Shown one piece after another: positions 60,793 to 64,000 of a stretch of DNA of 64,000 nucleotides. The stretch's first letter is position 1. Every line of letters begins with the position of its first letter. The notes under the pieces are model-generated. The model ran no database searches. It was not told the DNA's origin and saw only the letters and a program-made list of their open reading frames with translations. The DNA is taken from IMG/VR virus record IMGVR_UViG_3300028585_000020, positions 1 to 64,000 of that record. One strand, given 5' to 3'. The position numbers and the translations under genes were made by a program. Source of the DNA: a virus. Lineage: Duplodnaviria; Caudoviricetes.

Positions 60793-61134
60793 TTAATCTC
60801 CAATATTAATAGAATAACTTCCCATCTCAACCACAGGCGCTTCTGCCATAAACTTTGGAGCATACTTGAACCAACGCATGCTGTGTTCGTCGTCATAGGC
60901 CTGCTGTAATTGCTGCTTAGTGAATTTCTGCAATTCAACGAGCTTATCCAGAGCCTTGTTAATCTTCCGCACAGAATTGTACAGAGCATCAACACGAGCT
61001 TTCGTGCTAGGAATTTCTGAAAGCTTCTTCAGCCAAGCAATGTCTGTCTTGCAATTGCAAATCATTTCGTGATGCTCTGTAATGAGATTGGCTTGTGTAC
61101 GTAGTTGCCGCTGAAGCATGCTAGTGCGTTTCAT
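60793..61134 (-). CDS. hypothetical coiled-coil protein
   Basis: 113 aa, AAGGAG RBS. Confidence 0.75.
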   Translation of the reverse strand: MKRTSMLQRQLRTQANLITEHHEMICNCKTDIAWLKKLSEIPSTKARVDALYNSVRKINKALDKLVELQKFTKQQLQQAYDDEHSMRWFKYAPKFMAEAPVVEMGSYSINIGD

Positions 61135-61424
61135 CGTCCCATCTCCTTATTCAAATCAACCAGTTCAGAAATCATTTCGTCGGCAATCGTCAAATTGTCT
61201 GACAGGCGTTCTTCCATAACTTTGAGCAAAGCAAACATTCGTTCCCGGCGATGTTCTTTGCGAGTTGGGAATGGTGCAGGTTCCTCTGGCAATGGCTCAT
61301 ACACTTTTTCTGTCTTTGGCTGAGTCCAATAACCCATGGTGACGAATCGTTCACCTTCTGAATCGTGGATTAGGAAGTGTTCCGGCGAATCCACCTTAAA
61401 CTTCATAGCTTTCAGTTTGCTCAT
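61131..61424 (-). CDS. hypothetical protein
   Basis: 97 aa, AAGGAGG RBS. Confidence 0.75.
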   Translation of the reverse strand: MSKLKAMKFKVDSPEHFLIHDSEGERFVTMGYWTQPKTEKVYEPLPEEPAPFPTRKEHRRERMFALLKVMEERLSDNLTIADEMISELVDLNKEMGR

Positions 61425-61472
61425 ATTCCCTCCTTAGTGACTTGACAGGCCCCTTATCGAAGCAACGGGACA

Positions 61473-61501
61473 ATCTTACGTGGATTTGTGGAGCTTGTCA
61501 A
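61473..61501 (-). promoter_or_regulatory. sigma70-like promoter
   Basis: TTGACA, 17 nt, TAAGAT. Confidence 0.75.
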
Positions 61502-61527
61502 GTGGTGTTTAAAATTGTTGTGGGTTG

Positions 61528-63174
61528 TTAGAACTCTGCAACATCACTATCTACAAGCTCAACTTCCCAAGTTGTGGGATTCAATCGGAATTCATCACAG
61601 ACTCCCAAGACTCCATAGGGACGATTCTTAAGCACCGTAAGCCGTGCGTTGCCTCTACTACGATCAGGCATCACTTGCCCCTCTAGGCCGAGAATAATCC
61701 AACTGAGCGCCTCAAGAGCCGAACTACCCCGCATATGACTCTTATCAACTTTAACCCAATACGGCTTCTCATCAGCGTCTTTAGGTGGCTTGTTATCAGC
61801 AAACCCTCCTCGGTTAATGTGTGAAATCGCTATGATTGTTACAGGGTTACTTGCACAGAATGCAGCCAACATGGTCATAGCGCGGTCAATCTCTTTGCGC
61901 TCGTCAGATTCTCCCGCTCCACCGGACGTAATCAAAGTTAGGTGGTCAATGATGATGCGATCACACTTACTGACAAGGTGCATGTGCTTAATCTTGGGCA
62001 TCAACTCATCAATATTCATGTGCCCAAAGTGCGACAAGAACACTGCCTTATCATCACTAACAATGTAATCGTAGGCAGCTTTGATTTCTTCCTCAGACGC
62101 GCAAGCGAGAGGGTCTTCCTTAAACTGATTGAAGTTGACCTTCAGATGATGTGCAACCATCCGTTGCAGGGTTTCCTTCTGAGTTTCCTCAAGAAAGATC
62201 AGTCCAACTCGTTCGCCAGCTTTAATAAAGTCTGCCGCAAAACTGGCGGTGACAGTGCTCTTACCTACACCAACCCCGGATGTCAGCAGAACAAGTTCAG
62301 ACTTGCGAAAGCCTCGAATCTTTTCCATCAGTTTTGGGAAGCTCGGACACATCAGCCCCACTTCCCGCTTTGCGATCAAATCCTCAAAAGTGACATCAGA
62401 TGCGTAGCTAATCTTCTCAGTAACGAATCGCTTAGTGCCAAACTGAAGTAGCTTTGCCAACTCGTTAGACTTCCCTGCTTGAAGGTAGTCACTGCAATCC
62501 TTCAAACCGTTGTCAAAAGGGACTGTATAAATGTTATCGCCAATAAAAGCCCCTGCAACGGCTTCAGTGGCCTCCTTGCCCTTCATAATCTTTTTGACAC
62601 GCTCAGCGGGAGTTGCCTCATCGTTGTCAAACGCTAAAGTGATACGTTCATGGCCTAGGACAAAGCCTTCATTGTGTAGCATTGCCTCGGTGGCGTTAGC
62701 AGTGCCCATCGAGATACTTACAATGAAAGGCTCCATACCTTCAAACTTAGTACCTTTGACTTGATCTTTGAGTGCTTGGAAGCCTGCCAAACAATCGTGT
62801 TCGCCCTCACTGACAATCAAGTTTGATTTCTTACGCTGGATGCCTTCAGCAACTTGCTGACCAAAGAGCTTATTACCAATCGTAAGGCTTCCCACAACCG
62901 ACCAATGGCCTTTTTCGGTTTTGTGCTTCGTAAGGTCTTGCCGCTTATATGCGGTCAGCTTCCCCTTTTGGTCATAGTAAGGGAAATAGATAGCTTCGAT
63001 AGTTTTACCATCAGATTGGGATTTGGCAACTTTTACACCGTACCGCTCGCAAGTTTCTTTACGAATACCTCGCTCTGGAATATCTGCAAAAGGATAGCCC
63101 TCAATTTCTTTCAATGTTTCCTTGGGTACGTATTCACTAATCATCTGTTTACTTTCTCCCTTCCAGTATCCCAT
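61528..63174 (-). CDS. primase-helicase (TOPRIM + SF4 helicase), no N-terminal zinc-binding domain
   Basis: RGI.KETC, LFGQ, VSEGEHDCL, FDNDEA, KDCSD; Walker A GVGVGKS, IIDH, RGS. Confidence 0.95.
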   Translation of the reverse strand: MGYWKGESKQMISEYVPKETLKEIEGYPFADIPERGIRKETCERYGVKVAKSQSDGKTIEAIYFPYYDQKGKLTAYKRQDLTKHKTEKGHWSVVGSLTIGNKLFGQQVAEGIQRKKSNLIVSEGEHDCLAGFQALKDQVKGTKFEGMEPFIVSISMGTANATEAMLHNEGFVLGHERITLAFDNDEATPAERVKKIMKGKEATEAVAGAFIGDNIYTVPFDNGLKDCSDYLQAGKSNELAKLLQFGTKRFVTEKISYASDVTFEDLIAKREVGLMCPSFPKLMEKIRGFRKSELVLLTSGVGVGKSTVTASFAADFIKAGERVGLIFLEETQKETLQRMVAHHLKVNFNQFKEDPLACASEEEIKAAYDYIVSDDKAVFLSHFGHMNIDELMPKIKHMHLVSKCDRIIIDHLTLITSGGAGESDERKEIDRAMTMLAAFCASNPVTIIAISHINRGGFADNKPPKDADEKPYWVKVDKSHMRGSSALEALSWIILGLEGQVMPDRSRGNARLTVLKNRPYGVLGVCDEFRLNPTTWEVELVDSDVAEF

Positions 63175-63183
63175 AAATTACCC

Positions 63184-63339
63184 TCAATGAATCTGCTTTT
63201 CAAAATTGACAGCATACACTGCAATCATCCCCTGCATAATCTCCTCATCAAAGTACATAGCTCCGTCTTCATCTTCGTAGAAGTAATTATCCCGGTTCTT
63301 ATATAGAAACTCCTGCAAATCCTTGAATACGCTAATCAT
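63184..63339 (-). CDS. hypothetical acidic protein
   Basis: MISVFKDLQEF...; GGAGG RBS. Confidence 0.7.
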   Translation of the reverse strand: MISVFKDLQEFLYKNRDNYFYEDEDGAMYFDEEIMQGMIAVYAVNFEKQIH

Positions 63340-63548
63340 TTCTCCCTCCAAATACACTTCAAGACTGCCCACATAATCCCAATTATTAAGCACCACAAAC
63401 CAGCAACACCTAGCATCCATACAACAGCAAAAACTATGAACAACAACCCTTCAGCAAATACGAACATGCCCAGAGCGCCACCCACGAGTAACAGAAAGCT
63501 TGTAATACAGGCTGTAGCAATAACTTTTTCAAGTTTTGTGAACATCAT
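63336..63548 (-). CDS. small membrane protein
   Basis: Two long hydrophobic segments. Confidence 0.7.
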   Translation of the reverse strand: MMFTKLEKVIATACITSFLLLVGGALGMFVFAEGLLFIVFAVVWMLGVAGLWCLIIGIMWAVLKCIWREK

Positions 63549-63558
63549 TTCAACCCCC

Positions 63559-63813
63559 TTAAAAATCCTTAAACACATCATTATACGTCCAATTGCGCAA
63601 ATCCACCATCAAACAATTGTAACTAGGAATCTTGGCATATTGTTCATTGGCCCACGCAAGAGCTTCCTTATTCTGAGAGCCGCCACGTTTAGTCATCTCC
63701 AGATAAATTCGAGATTGTCGCTTGACAGTTGTTCGATATGCGAAATCCACTCGCACAACGTACAGGAAAATCAAGCCGAGGATTGTTAGTAATGTTGCGT
63801 AGGCGGGGAACAT
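63559..63813 (-). CDS. hypothetical protein with N-terminal TM
   Basis: 84 aa, AGGAG RBS. Confidence 0.75.
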   Translation of the reverse strand: MFPAYATLLTILGLIFLYVVRVDFAYRTTVKRQSRIYLEMTKRGGSQNKEALAWANEQYAKIPSYNCLMVDLRNWTYNDVFKDF

Positions 63814-63821
63814 GTTGGCTC

Positions 63822-64000
63822 CTATTTGTAATATTCGTACTGCTGTTTAAGTTGCTCTTCCAGACGCTCAATCTTATCCTGCAAGTCCTTACCAATTGCC
63901 GCTTGGATTTCCTCTTTGTTGGCCTCGTAAATCAACTGTCGAGCTTTCTCAGAACTAAACCGGCGAGTGATGTCAAACTTTACGTGCTCATCATTCAGAG
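63822..64000 (-). CDS. partial hypothetical protein (3' end only)
   Basis: Open frame ...IYEANKEEIQAAIGKDLQDKIERLEEQLKQYEYYK-stop runs off window edge. Confidence 0.6.
   Translation of the reverse strand, partial: LNDEHVKFDITRRFSSEKARQLIYEANKEEIQAAIGKDLQDKIERLEEQLKQQYEYYK

Noticed and set aside
1-64000. Stop-codon reassignment
   Set aside because: Conserved genes translate full-length with the standard code; no suppressor tRNA

Overview
A 64-kb segment of a tailed dsDNA bacteriophage genome with siphovirus-type (long non-contractile) tail genes. No host chromosomal genes, repressor or tyrosine integrase are visible. Layout: (i) short + strand block with a C5 DNA methyltransferase (1-1.7 kb); (ii) a ~720-bp repeat/palindrome-rich non-coding convergence zone; (iii) - strand block with a serine resolvase, a paralogous HNH/recombinase-DNA-binding chimera, many small ORFs, an HD hydrolase, a ClpP-like protease and PhoH (2.5-9.1 kb); (iv) + strand late region: TerS candidate, tRNA island (Thr-UGU, degenerate CAU, Gly-UCC) with several unexplained structured RNAs, collagen-like fibre, endonuclease, TerL, portal, S49 protease, scaffold, decoration, MCP, head-tail proteins, a ~7.6-kb insert with a putative polysaccharide lyase, an SGNH esterase and adaptor proteins, tail tube, chaperone with GGGAAAG -1 frameshift, 1883-aa tape measure, tail tip and SAR-endolysin/spanin lysis genes (9.2-43.5 kb); (v) - strand replication/nucleotide block: DsbA-like protein, nrdB/nrdA, MazG-like, metallophosphoesterase, 5'-3' exonuclease, SSB, family A polymerase and a primase-helicase lacking its zinc-binding domain, interspersed with free-standing HNH endonucleases. 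The SAR endolysin plus spanins indicate a Gram-negative host; a betaproteobacterial host is only a guess. All calls come from motif recognition by eye; no searches were run. Best leads: the resolvase + HNH-chimera pair with nearby palindromes, the virion lyase + esterase cassette, and the structured RNAs in the tRNA island.
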